Shown one piece after another: positions 52,901 to 61,678 of a stretch of 64,000 bases of DNA. Origin of the DNA: Candidatus Poseidoniales archaeon (lineage in GTDB: Archaea; Thermoplasmatota; Poseidoniia; Poseidoniales; Poseidoniaceae). Position numbers and translations under genes: made by a program. How positions within the stretch are numbered: the first letter of the stretch is position 1; every line of letters begins with the position of its first letter. The notes under the pieces were generated by a model. That model saw only the letters and a list, made by a program, of their open reading frames with translations. It had not been told where the DNA came from and did no database searches. Location: assembly GCA_038146705.1 (NCBI GenBank), contig JAYQSB010000007.1, forward strand, positions 7,583 through 71,582, written 5' to 3'.

Positions 52901-55086
52901 CCCTCCAAGTCACCATTCGTGACCAGCCTGTTTTGCCCACCAATGTTACCCCTATGGTGTGGAGAGAATGGCTCAATGATTACAACATGAATGGTTGGCC
53001 AGATGAAGACGAGTATGTGCCAATGACATTCAACTTGCCATACAATCTTTCAACCCTGACAGGATTGTACACATTGCAACTTGACGATACCGCCGGTCAA
53101 CTTGGGCATAAAATTGCGATGTATATCGTCGGAACAGACCCTTCAGGCTACAACATACAAGACGGTGGTGGCCCAGAATATGACCAGCATCTTGTCATGT
53201 ACCAACTCGGTGTTTCAGCCACACCTAAAGTGGAACCAGCCGCATTCAATTGGGAAGGCGGACGAAAAGCATGGCTGCATCCTCAGGAAAAATACACACT
53301 CAATGTGGATGTCAATGAACCAAATGGTGCATCAGACCTTGCAGTTGTTGAGGTTGCCCTTGCCTCAAATCAAGGCAGCGATTCAATGACTGTTTCGTGG
53401 AGTTTTGAGACTGGCAACTGTACGACCACCTCGACACATTTGATCATTGAAGATTGTGAGATGATGAGCAAAGATGGTGGAACTGCAGGACCTTATGAAA
53501 CCGATATGGTGCTCAGTATTGAGTTCCATCTCAGTTGGAATACGCCTGACCTCGGTGAGACAAGGCGAGAACCTTCGATTCGAATTGAAGACAGAAGCGG
53601 GCTTGATGTTCTTCGCACCTTCCCCGAAAAACGATGGCGCTTTTCGTCAAATATGATGATTCCAGAAGAATCTGTTCAATTGTACCTCTCTGCAGGTTCA
53701 TTCCTTGGTGACGGGGCACGAGTTGTTCCAAATACGCCAATGGAAATTTCAGGCGGTTTGGTGTTCTCAGAAACAAATTCAGTTCCAGAATTTGATTGCG
53801 ATGTCAACATTCTTTTCGCAGGCAGGACCATTATTGCAACGGCTAAAGATGGCATATGGTCTTCCGAATTGACAGCACCTCCTACATCAGGCGAAGTCCC
53901 ACTTACGTGGGCGGTTGACTGTATCGAAGGTCAAGGGCAAGATGTGACTGAGAAAGAATCGTCTGTGAAATGGATTCTCGTCGACGGTATTGGACCGGAG
54001 CCCGTCGAAGTACTCTCTCCAAGACCAAAAGCAATACTCACAGCCGGAGGACATGATGTTCTCATCACAGTGAATGAAATTGGTGGACTTGATGTCCAAT
54101 CACTCCAAATTCGATGGGAGGTTGCAGATTACGAATCTGGAGAAGTGTTGAGAGAGGGCGTCGAACCAGTTCTTCTCGAAAGCGAGCAGCCAGATGGACT
54201 CATGCTCGAATTATCATCAAATTTCAATTTGTCAGAAATTAGTCGTGAGATGCTCATTGACCGTTTGGTTGTTCATCTGTATCTTGAGGGCCGAGACCTT
54301 GCAGGAAACAATGTCATCGGTATCGCAGGACAGGCTCCAAATCAACCGATTCAAACCTGGAATATGGAGTGGTTGCAACCTGAATTTGAAATCAACTCTG
54401 CAGGTATTGCATACTCACGACTGCTTGTTGATGTTGGGCAAACCACAGCAGTCACTGTCGAAGTTTCAAATTCTGGAACGCTTGACGGTGAGGTTGAATT
54501 AAACATCTACTGGGTTGAACTTACTGAAGAATCGGGCTTGCTTCAGCGAGTGACCGTCTTTGTTCCTGAGGGCGGTGTTGGTTCTGCAACGCTCGATTGG
54601 GGGCCAGAGCGTCCAGGCGTTCAATGGATAGAGGTCGAACTTGCGAATGGTGCAACGGCGAGTGGGCCTACAATCGATGTTCGTGTGCCAGAGGAGTTAA
54701 CCCTCTCAGAGAAGGTCTTTGGCGATGCGAATCCAATTCTTGGCTCCATTGCTGGTCTCCTCTTCATTGGTGTTTTGCTGACCTCACTGGTTTGGTTGAT
54801 CCGCTTAACGGGTAATCGAGGCTCAAAGGAAGCATATGACTGGGATGAATATTCCTCAGAATACGAGGAAGAAGAAGAGATTGACGATGAACGATTTGAA
54901 GAAATGAGCAATCGCAAAGATGTCCCTGAAATAGCCACGGCTGCCTCGACTGCAGCAGCAGTTTCCGATAGTACCGAGGAGACTGATTGGGTGATGGGGG
55001 CTGATGGATACTGGTGGTATCATGACAAAGAATCGAACGAGTGGTGGTACAAAGACGCAGATGGTAACATTGTAAAACATCCTTGA
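49999..55086 (+). CDS. Giant (1695 aa) exported protein with jelly-roll/MAM-like module and CARDB-like module, C-terminal TM anchor and acidic, Trp-rich cytoplasmic tail
   Basis: Signal MADGSRARNALFITFVFLFSSQA. MAM-like segment at 50362-50802. CARDB-like VEVSNSGTLDGEVELNIYW. TM helix at 54736-54801 and a 94-aa tail. Confidence 0.7.
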   Translation: MADGSRARNALFITFVFLFSSQAIMLTGTDMSYLKNEPKPRLSAADQLANLTLNPTTPNSNFKLSLPEGQPLTSASIEIEPYATAMHSGFVWDDNSIWSHSDATNGGVSIQGNSMTGTSAGNLWDFNNGNQGWTFSGYGARVTSPSCGMNGSSGGSIRTYAGSSYATSPVLNLAGGSNIPFHAWVRQGSSGCGEEPDSNENLYLQYKTSSNSWTTFRTFQGSTSGGSVTNVVYNLPAAALHSTSQFRIYQNSGSGTCCDYWFVDDVHIVSPPQSNWTSPSLGWQSGSTQMLSRNSYAPIFLEADIPQNAYLNWTVLDASGLPIPGLRGSNTLVIPMEGIDHDVYPTFRIHLELTGSSNGMPTLYTISGDGSLEEHFYTDPAARHWELNGSSYNAVTNVVTGGTSDELISPWFLSHMPLYGAQVTGISSNALIQYRTGPNDVWHNITFPHSFNISGQMSGVQYRISSLVPANGNWQMNELSHTFYGGLQPALPALDLALDGRYEWGGGDERVGMWGWQNTFVNKNTAYTVSVSNGNPSNLAFWVPRDSMKSLSLSFVASTGHVEAVIFSVQGQTLVTKSFGSGVENGLIQLNGSEFQSISDALYGLASSVEVLGTMYAEVQVEVVGNGIVTFSGLSAPHHAQTVVSAGPTSSFVMGINEARYGVVPTGGTDEVVLPFVAQSRGGLRVSIADIVTSSSVELVSGQMQDQVAVLTPSERWHTIETEYTVLGGNIQYVRLDVYGTLHHATVLYQLDGNPIIETGDSDAIILPELDLFTHDVNGTKVVSSATFRIAPVWDDEMMLSASLRLVMANGVASIPFVQTWGSTLSQGYENDLIIRSVSFTTTDGPALPSQQYLKGGEPLHLSMQIGFEGVQTEDAFPSGFGEVQLWRGETLVANTTSLDGTYWNYTDTIPFTYADVVWTVKLVSMNGSHIGQPAELTRTFTVDSVRPKVMETNLPHYGYRSPSPTQTLQVTIRDQPVLPTNVTPMVWREWLNDYNMNGWPDEDEYVPMTFNLPYNLSTLTGLYTLQLDDTAGQLGHKIAMYIVGTDPSGYNIQDGGGPEYDQHLVMYQLGVSATPKVEPAAFNWEGGRKAWLHPQEKYTLNVDVNEPNGASDLAVVEVALASNQGSDSMTVSWSFETGNCTTTSTHLIIEDCEMMSKDGGTAGPYETDMVLSIEFHLSWNTPDLGETRREPSIRIEDRSGLDVLRTFPEKRWRFSSNMMIPEESVQLYLSAGSFLGDGARVVPNTPMEISGGLVFSETNSVPEFDCDVNILFAGRTIIATAKDGIWSSELTAPPTSGEVPLTWAVDCIEGQGQDVTEKESSVKWILVDGIGPEPVEVLSPRPKAILTAGGHDVLITVNEIGGLDVQSLQIRWEVADYESGEVLREGVEPVLLESEQPDGLMLELSSNFNLSEISREMLIDRLVVHLYLEGRDLAGNNVIGIAGQAPNQPIQTWNMEWLQPEFEINSAGIAYSRLLVDVGQTTAVTVEVSNSGTLDGEVELNIYWVELTEESGLLQRVTVFVPEGGVGSATLDWGPERPGVQWIEVELANGATASGPTIDVRVPEELTLSEKVFGDANPILGSIAGLLFIGVLLTSLVWLIRLTGNRGSKEAYDWDEYSSEYEEEEEIDDERFEEMSNRKDVPEIATAASTAAAVSDSTEETDWVMGADGYWWYHDKESNEWWYKDADGNIVKHP

Positions 55087-55110
55087 GCGTCGAAAAAATG
55101 AGGTGTCTTG

Positions 55111-56880
55111 ATGTCCATGATTGCACTTTTGCAAATGGATGCAACAATCGGTGCCTTGAAAGCCAACCAATCAAAATTACAACAACTCACGGCAATTGCT
55201 CAAAGCAACGGTGCCACATTAGGCGTATCTCCCGAACTTGCGATTTGTGGATATCCTCCGAGAGATTTGTTGTTGGAACCTGAATTTGTACGTTCTTCAT
55301 TTGAAATAGCGAGAACGATACAGCCCGAATTACCACTGCTTGTAGGGACGCCAGTCCCCCCTGAACATGAACGGAAGAAACCGACAAACGGAGTTGTCAA
55401 GGTCGAACCTCAACCAACCTCACCAATGATGTCGAAATCTGTTGTGGCTCACAAGCAACTCCTTCCTACCTATGATGTCTTTGATGAAGCGAGATATTTT
55501 GATGCGGAGAGTCGAACTTCACTGGTTCGCTCAATTGGTGGGTTCGACCTCGGTGTGACCGTCTGTGAAGATGCTTGGCAATCGGCAGGATTAACCCCCT
55601 CCACCTACGAATCCGACCCCATCGAGCATCTATCACAATTCATTCGACAAGGTGTAGAACTCGATGCGACGGTCAATCTATCCGCTTCACCGTATCACCA
55701 ACATAAAGGATCAACTCGAATTGAGGTTTGTCGACACGCAGCAAAAACCCTCGGGCATCCGTTCTTACTCGCCAATCAAGTCGGTGGAAATGATGACCTC
55801 CTTTTTGATGGTCGTTCAATGGTCGCTTGGCCAGATGGAACGGTCGTCATTGCTCCAGCATGGAGAGAAGGCGTCTTGATCGTGGATATACATACACCTT
55901 CCAATTGTACATGGCTTGATGCACCATACGAGACTGGTTTAACCATTGGTCATCAAGATACACCGTTGACGCTAGCACCTTCCGAAGACGGTATTGTCGG
56001 TCAAGATATCACAGAAATAGTTGAAGCAGTGACAACGGGTTTAGCAGATTATTGCAGGAAGTCAAGCATCCAAGGTATCGTGCTTGGTCTGTCGGGTGGA
56101 ATTGATTCTGCTGTTGCTGCATGTATTGCTCAACACGCTCTCGGGAGTGAGCATGTGCTTGGGATTTCGATGCCGAGCAGATTCTCATCAGACCATTCGA
56201 AGACGGATGCAAAACACACAGCGGACGCACTTGGAATTGAGTTCATGAGCCATTCAATTGAATCCCTTCACGAAGCGACTGAAGCAACGATTGGCTCACA
56301 ATTGTCTGAAGGGTTTGCAGTTGCAGCGGAGAACGTTCAGGCACGTCTACGTGCACTCATTGTCATGGGTTATGCAAATTCGAAGGGTTACATGGCCATT
56401 AGCACAGGAAACAAATCAGAGATTGCTCAAGGATATTGCACACTCTATGGCGACATGGCTGGAGGCTATTGTCCTCTAGGTGATGTGTACAAAATGGAGG
56501 TGTACGCCATTGCAGAATGGTTCAATCAAAAAGCCATCGGTGAAGGAAGGATTGCTCCCGTTTCAGATAGCACGATGACAAAACCGCCGTCTGCTGAACT
56601 TGATGTTGACCAAAAAGACGAGGATACACTCCCTCCGTACGCAACGTTGGATGAAATCTTGCATCACCACATCGAAGGTGGAAAATCTCAGGAAGAAATC
56701 GTTGCTCTTGGTTACGGTCAAGAGATTGTTCTCGATGTGCTTACGCGATTGGAACGAAACGAGCACAAGCGCTGGCAAATGTCGCCAGCACCACGTGTGA
56801 GTTCTCGGGCTTTCGGACAAGGGTGGCGTCGTCCGCTGGCTTCACGCCATCAATGGCGAAGAGATCAACATGAGAACTGA
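55111..56880 (+). CDS. nadE: Glutamine-dependent NAD+ synthetase
   Basis: N-terminal nitrilase-like domain (SPELAICGYPPRDL, catalytic Cys in VTVCEDAW) plus C-terminal PP-loop GLSGGIDSAV. GAGGTG lies 5 nt upstream of the ATG at 55111. Confidence 0.9.
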   Translation: MSMIALLQMDATIGALKANQSKLQQLTAIAQSNGATLGVSPELAICGYPPRDLLLEPEFVRSSFEIARTIQPELPLLVGTPVPPEHERKKPTNGVVKVEPQPTSPMMSKSVVAHKQLLPTYDVFDEARYFDAESRTSLVRSIGGFDLGVTVCEDAWQSAGLTPSTYESDPIEHLSQFIRQGVELDATVNLSASPYHQHKGSTRIEVCRHAAKTLGHPFLLANQVGGNDDLLFDGRSMVAWPDGTVVIAPAWREGVLIVDIHTPSNCTWLDAPYETGLTIGHQDTPLTLAPSEDGIVGQDITEIVEAVTTGLADYCRKSSIQGIVLGLSGGIDSAVAACIAQHALGSEHVLGISMPSRFSSDHSKTDAKHTADALGIEFMSHSIESLHEATEATIGSQLSEGFAVAAENVQARLRALIVMGYANSKGYMAISTGNKSEIAQGYCTLYGDMAGGYCPLGDVYKMEVYAIAEWFNQKAIGEGRIAPVSDSTMTKPPSAELDVDQKDEDTLPPYATLDEILHHHIEGGKSQEEIVALGYGQEIVLDVLTRLERNEHKRWQMSPAPRVSSRAFGQGWRRPLASRHQWRRDQHEN

Positions 56881-56896
56881 GTGGAGTGAGCAGGAA

Positions 56897-57736
56897 ATGA
56901 GCAACATTATTCTCAATATTGCAGGATACCGTTTCGTTGACCTGCCCGACCGAGACGACCTGATTGAACCATACCAACATACTTGCCAGCGTCTGCACCT
57001 CAAAGGAACAATCCTCATGGCACCAGAAGGCATCAACTTTTTTCTTGCCGGTGTAGAACAAGCGATTCAAGATTTTATTCTCTTCCTTGAGCAAGATGAA
57101 CGATTCAAAGATATACCACTCAAAAAATCATGGACAGCGTATCAACCGTTCAATAGAATGAATGTTCGACGAAAGAAAGAAATTATTAGCGTCGGACTCA
57201 ACGAGATTCGCCCAGCAGATTTTACTGGCCCAAACATCAAACCAACCGAACTCAAACATCTTCTCGATGGCGGGCAACCAGTCCACCTCCTCGATACACG
57301 GAACATATACGAAATGAAAATTGGTACTTTTGAGAATGCGATTGATTTGAACATCGAATCATTTCGAGATTTTCCTGCAGCCATCAAGGAATTACCGGAT
57401 TCAATGAAAGATGAACCCATTGTGATGTTTTGCACCGGAGGCATCCGATGTGAAAAAGCGAGTGCTATCATGCTCGATGCAGGATTTCGAAATGTGCGTC
57501 AACTCCAAGGTGGCATTCTTGGCTATTTTGAGGACGTTGGCGGCGACCACTGGAACGGCAATTGTTTCGTATTTGACCAAAGAGTTGCCGTTGACCCAGG
57601 CCTTCATGAAACAGGTGAAGTGGTTTGTTTTGCATGTCGAACTCCACTCACCATCGATGAGCAAGACCACGCCTCATATGTTGTGGGTCAGTCATGTCTT
57701 TACTGTATCAAAGAACCTGTGGCTTCCATCAAATGA
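56897..57736 (+). CDS. trhO: Rhodanese-domain tRNA U34 hydroxylase TrhO/YceA family
   Basis: NIAGYRF N-terminus, rhodanese active loop MFCTGGIRCEKAS, and a C-terminal Cys-rich segment CFACRTPL...CLYC. Confidence 0.8.
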   Translation: MSNIILNIAGYRFVDLPDRDDLIEPYQHTCQRLHLKGTILMAPEGINFFLAGVEQAIQDFILFLEQDERFKDIPLKKSWTAYQPFNRMNVRRKKEIISVGLNEIRPADFTGPNIKPTELKHLLDGGQPVHLLDTRNIYEMKIGTFENAIDLNIESFRDFPAAIKELPDSMKDEPIVMFCTGGIRCEKASAIMLDAGFRNVRQLQGGILGYFEDVGGDHWNGNCFVFDQRVAVDPGLHETGEVVCFACRTPLTIDEQDHASYVVGQSCLYCIKEPVASIK

Positions 57737-59795
57737 ATATCCACTGCTCATCGTACTGCAGAATATTCCAGCTGTACAATTCATGTCCATGTGTTCCATC
57801 GTGGGCGATGAAGAAGAGGTACGTGCTCGAAAGAACCAAGTCTCCATACAAGCCAGTTTGTGCATCATTTGTTGTTCCAGGATAAGGATTGAAAACAAAC
57901 TCAAGTCCTCCTTCATGTAAAACCCAAAGTGCTGAGGATTCAAGGTTCGAGTTTTCCACCCCATGAGCGATGATGAACAGATGTTCTCCGTATGTTTCGA
58001 TATGTCGCGGTTGTGATGATTGAATTCCTGGTCTCAATGAATCGATGGTACCTGTTCCACTCGTACTTCCATCTGAAAAGCAAAGTTCATGGCCAAATGA
58101 TGGCGATATGCAATCAAAATAGATCATATTGTTCATGCTGACACCGCCTGCTGATTGACCGATAGCAAGATGTTGATTTGACAATTCTGTCGCCTCAAGT
58201 GTGTTGAGGTTCAGTGACCATAGCATTGCATCAATGCCTTCAGTCACAGCATCAAAGACGAGCGTCTCGTTGAGATAATGCAAACCAATGTTGTCGCCCA
58301 GGTGTCGAAGTGTCGTATCGCTGCCATCGTATTGCAAGTTGGTCAGCCACTGAAATCCTCCATCATCAAGGAGATGAAGAATTTGTTTTTCCTCGTCTTG
58401 TAATGCAACAAATGCAGTTCCATCATCGGTTCGACATGATTCAAGCAACACAAGGTCACCATCGTGTGGGATATGCCAAACGGTGATGTTATGAGAAATG
58501 GAAATGATGACCTGCTCAGCATCGTTCAAAACAGCACTCATGAAGAGGACATTATCTGCCACGACGGCAAAGACCTCACCGAGCCTTGACACATTGCTCA
58601 TTTGTTCAAATTCGAGTGCGAGATGTTCATTCGAAATACCCTGTTCAATGGGTAGTAATTCTGTTGAGTTGGTCCATGATACTTGATTTGACTGGTTCCA
58701 CACCACCAAGCCATCGTTCCAAACAAGTGCATTTCTCTCAATACTGCCTAGCAAAGGAAGCACCGTCAAATCCTCGGTATGAAGAGCCCACATTTGGACA
58801 CCTGTTCCATCATCAGCATCGAAGTATACCCAAGGCGTCGATGGAACATGCAGAAAGCCAAAGGTCGACCCAGGGAGGCTGTCGCCTGTAGGATTGATGT
58901 CGAATATGAGTTCTGTTGCTCCTGTTGCTAGATTCATGATGTGAGGCTCACATCCTACAATGCTGTCCACTGCAGAGAAGACCACGAATGGAGTATGTTC
59001 AATATGCGTCACTTCTTCACAATTTGATGTGAATGAATTCCCTGCACCTGATATAATGTCTGTCGACCTTAACGGCACATACGTGTCGAAGCAGAGTTGG
59101 AGCGAAGAGATGATTTCATCGCTTTGCAAGACGCCATCCTCAGCGATGCCGGTTTGCCCTCCATCATCGATCCCAAAAGAAATCGAAATACCGCTTCCAC
59201 ACATCCACTCCGGTGGACGAGATTGCTCGACGAGTGCCGAATATCCTGAACTTCCATTCGTACCATTCAGTCCGGCTGTGCCCATCGAACCGTGGCACAG
59301 AACCGACGATGAAACGACCTCGCTCATTTGAAGCAATCCATCGTTATCTCCGTCTTGTCCTGCGTTTATGGTTATACCTTGACCACCACAAATGTCTGAA
59401 TCTTGAGATATATTCTGAATGTCGAGAAGGTAAGATCGCCCATCAAGACCATCATTTCCTGAAGTTCCAGGTTGACCTTGTGGTCCACTCAGCCCTTGAA
59501 AACCATGACAGAGGAGCGTTGATGAATCAATTTCTTCATCGCTCAAAAGACCATCGAAGTTTTCATCGATGCCGACATAAATCATTTGACCACCTTCGAC
59601 ACATGGTTCAATTTCTTCAAAATGTTTGGATGTGGAGAGAATTTCTCGGTTTGTTTCCTCTGTTTCGCCTCGTTCCATCGTCCAAATCAAAAAAGAATTG
59701 AGGCCGGTGATGGCGATGAGGAGTGTCATTCCAAGGACTCGTACAATGTTTTTCTTTGAGGTGTTTTTTTGGCTTGATTGTTGCTTCTTAGGCAT
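57729..59795 (-). CDS. Signal-anchored exported repeat protein: three Cys-bracketed modules with short collagen-like G-X-Y runs, then a probable beta-propeller region with ELWxxDG-like repeats
   Basis: N-terminal anchor VLGMTLLIAITGLNSFLIW. The repeat modules lie at 59091-59603. C-terminal motifs include HELCFSDGSTSGT, HELYSW, QMWALH and ALWVLHEGG. Confidence 0.6.
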   Translation of the reverse strand: MPKKQQSSQKNTSKKNIVRVLGMTLLIAITGLNSFLIWTMERGETEETNREILSTSKHFEEIEPCVEGGQMIYVGIDENFDGLLSDEEIDSSTLLCHGFQGLSGPQGQPGTSGNDGLDGRSYLLDIQNISQDSDICGGQGITINAGQDGDNDGLLQMSEVVSSSVLCHGSMGTAGLNGTNGSSGYSALVEQSRPPEWMCGSGISISFGIDDGGQTGIAEDGVLQSDEIISSLQLCFDTYVPLRSTDIISGAGNSFTSNCEEVTHIEHTPFVVFSAVDSIVGCEPHIMNLATGATELIFDINPTGDSLPGSTFGFLHVPSTPWVYFDADDGTGVQMWALHTEDLTVLPLLGSIERNALVWNDGLVVWNQSNQVSWTNSTELLPIEQGISNEHLALEFEQMSNVSRLGEVFAVVADNVLFMSAVLNDAEQVIISISHNITVWHIPHDGDLVLLESCRTDDGTAFVALQDEEKQILHLLDDGGFQWLTNLQYDGSDTTLRHLGDNIGLHYLNETLVFDAVTEGIDAMLWSLNLNTLEATELSNQHLAIGQSAGGVSMNNMIYFDCISPSFGHELCFSDGSTSGTGTIDSLRPGIQSSQPRHIETYGEHLFIIAHGVENSNLESSALWVLHEGGLEFVFNPYPGTTNDAQTGLYGDLVLSSTYLFFIAHDGTHGHELYSWNILQYDEQWIFI

Positions 59796-59899
59796 GCGGG
59801 GGGAATTCTAAAACGACATTCAAAGGTTACGCCTTTCATATCAAGTCATTTGGTTTGTCAAAGGGGTGATTTGATGAACTGCGACGAGGTGGAAGCAGC

Positions 59900-61678
59900 A
59901 TGGAGAGGCCACAGCGTCTTCAAGAACAACTTGAAGGCCTCGAGGGTAGCACTCGGCAAAAGGGTGCTCGCCTTGTCGTCGACCTTGCCATGACCGCAGG
60001 AGCAGAACGAATCATTCCCGTTGACCACGCTCATATTTCGGGTGTCTCTGTGTTGACTGGTGGACATGGTCTTCGCAGATTCTTGTCAGATTTGGAATGC
60101 AATGAAGGGCAGGGTGTGAGCATTCCAACGACCCTAAATTCAGCGGGGTGTGACGCTGAGAAATTTGAAGAAATGGGCATCTCCGTGCCAAATTTCCTTG
60201 AAGCACAGTTTGAAATTATCCATGCTTATGCGTCTTTGGGCATACAAGCAACATTGTCCTGCACACCTTACGACCGTGGCATTGAAGTTGAATCGGGCAT
60301 AGGAAGTTGGGCTGAATCAAACGCCGTGTGTTTTGCAAATACATGGTCATCCTTGATGACAAATAGAGAATCAGGGCTTTCAGCACTCGCAACTGCACTG
60401 ACTGGATATGCACCGGAATGGGGTTTGCATCTCCCTCAACATCGACAGCCAAACATCCTTGTCCATCTCGATTGTGACTTACATCACCTCTCTGATTGGT
60501 CAATCTTTGGGGATTGGATCGGAAAGCAGGTTCGGCCAGAATGGAATGTTCCTTTCGGACCGATGCCCTACATTATTGGGGCACCTTCGTACATGTCGTT
60601 TGGCATGAAGAAAGCATTAACTGCGGCTGCTGCAAATTACGGTACACCAATGCTTTGGGTCCATGAGCATTCATCCGAAGGCGTCCTACAGGTCGACCAA
60701 CGTGGCCAACCTATACTCAAGGAAGGAGAATGGCAAGGCGTCCTTCGCTTTACCAATGATGACCTTGAACAGCGTTATCTTGAACTTGAACCAAAACAAA
60801 CCGTCGATTTGGTTGTGATTGGCTGTCCTCAAGCGAGCCTCGAAGAAATTCGAATCACTGCTGCCTCAGTTCGAACATTTTCTGAAATGGGTCAAAAATT
60901 AGACGACCATCGGCTTTGGTTGTTTACGAGCAAGGAAAATTACGAACTCGCAGTCTCTGATGGTAGTATTGACATTCTCGAGCAAGCAGGTGTTCTGATT
61001 CTCAAAGATACATGCCCCGAAGTTACACCGTACAACCGTGAAAAATACAATCATCTCTTGACAAATTCAATGAAAGCTGAACACTATCTCACCAGCGGTC
61101 TCAACCGGCTAAAGACGAGCGTAGCCTCTATTCATGATTGTGTGAAAGAGGCCTTTCTTCCAACGGCATTTGATGAAATGAACATTGAAGTCGAGCATAA
61201 GAACACTCCGCCAACATTACAATCAATAAAAACGGATCAACAAGGAGAATTTTCTTCACAAGGAAAGGGACTCTCAAGTCAAGGTAATTTTTCTGTTGAA
61301 GGAAAGGCTCTCGTTACCGATATTCCAATCACATTTTTGGGCTATGTGAATCCTGACACAGGCGTTATTGAAGAAGAAGGCCATCCGCTTCATGGCCAAA
61401 GTATCGAAGATTCCATCCTCATTTTTCCAAAGGGTTCTGGCTCAACTGTTGCCCCTTATGTTTTGATGGGATTGATGTACACCTCAAAAGGCCCCAAGGC
61501 AATTGTCAATAGAGATGTTTGTCCGTTAACACTTCCAGCGTGCTCTCTGCTCGGTGTGCCCTATGGTTTCGGATTTGAACAGGACGCCTGCTTACATGTG
61601 AATAGTGGAGATGATGTCCGACTTGAGCGAAAAGGAGATGTCGTTCAATTACGTGTTTTGAAACGAAGCGGGGAATGA
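59900..61678 (+). CDS. AcnX-type (aconitase X) dehydratase, large (DUF521) and small (DUF126) subunits fused in one polypeptide
   Basis: N-terminus LEGLEGSTRQKGARLVVDLAMTAGAERIIPVDHAHISGVS is typical of the AcnX large subunit. The C-terminal ~140 aa (ITFLGYVNPDTGVIEEEGHPLHGQSIEDSILIFPKGSGSTVAPYVLMGL...PKAIVN) is typical of the small subunit. GAGGTGGA precedes the ATG. Confidence 0.8.
   Translation: MERPQRLQEQLEGLEGSTRQKGARLVVDLAMTAGAERIIPVDHAHISGVSVLTGGHGLRRFLSDLECNEGQGVSIPTTLNSAGCDAEKFEEMGISVPNFLEAQFEIIHAYASLGIQATLSCTPYDRGIEVESGIGSWAESNAVCFANTWSSLMTNRESGLSALATALTGYAPEWGLHLPQHRQPNILVHLDCDLHHLSDWSIFGDWIGKQVRPEWNVPFGPMPYIIGAPSYMSFGMKKALTAAAANYGTPMLWVHEHSSEGVLQVDQRGQPILKEGEWQGVLRFTNDDLEQRYLELEPKQTVDLVVIGCPQASLEEIRITAASVRTFSEMGQKLDDHRLWLFTSKENYELAVSDGSIDILEQAGVLILKDTCPEVTPYNREKYNHLLTNSMKAEHYLTSGLNRLKTSVASIHDCVKEAFLPTAFDEMNIEVEHKNTPPTLQSIKTDQQGEFSSQGKGLSSQGNFSVEGKALVTDIPITFLGYVNPDTGVIEEEGHPLHGQSIEDSILIFPKGSGSTVAPYVLMGLMYTSKGPKAIVNRDVCPLTLPACSLLGVPYGFGFEQDACLHVNSGDDVRLERKGDVVQLRVLKRSGE

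Noticed and set aside
59900-61678. AcnX ORF considered as a canonical TCA-cycle aconitase
   Set aside because: The length and motifs match the AcnX (DUF521+DUF126) family rather than aconitase/IPM isomerase, and no canonical aconitase Cys-ligand pattern was recognised.
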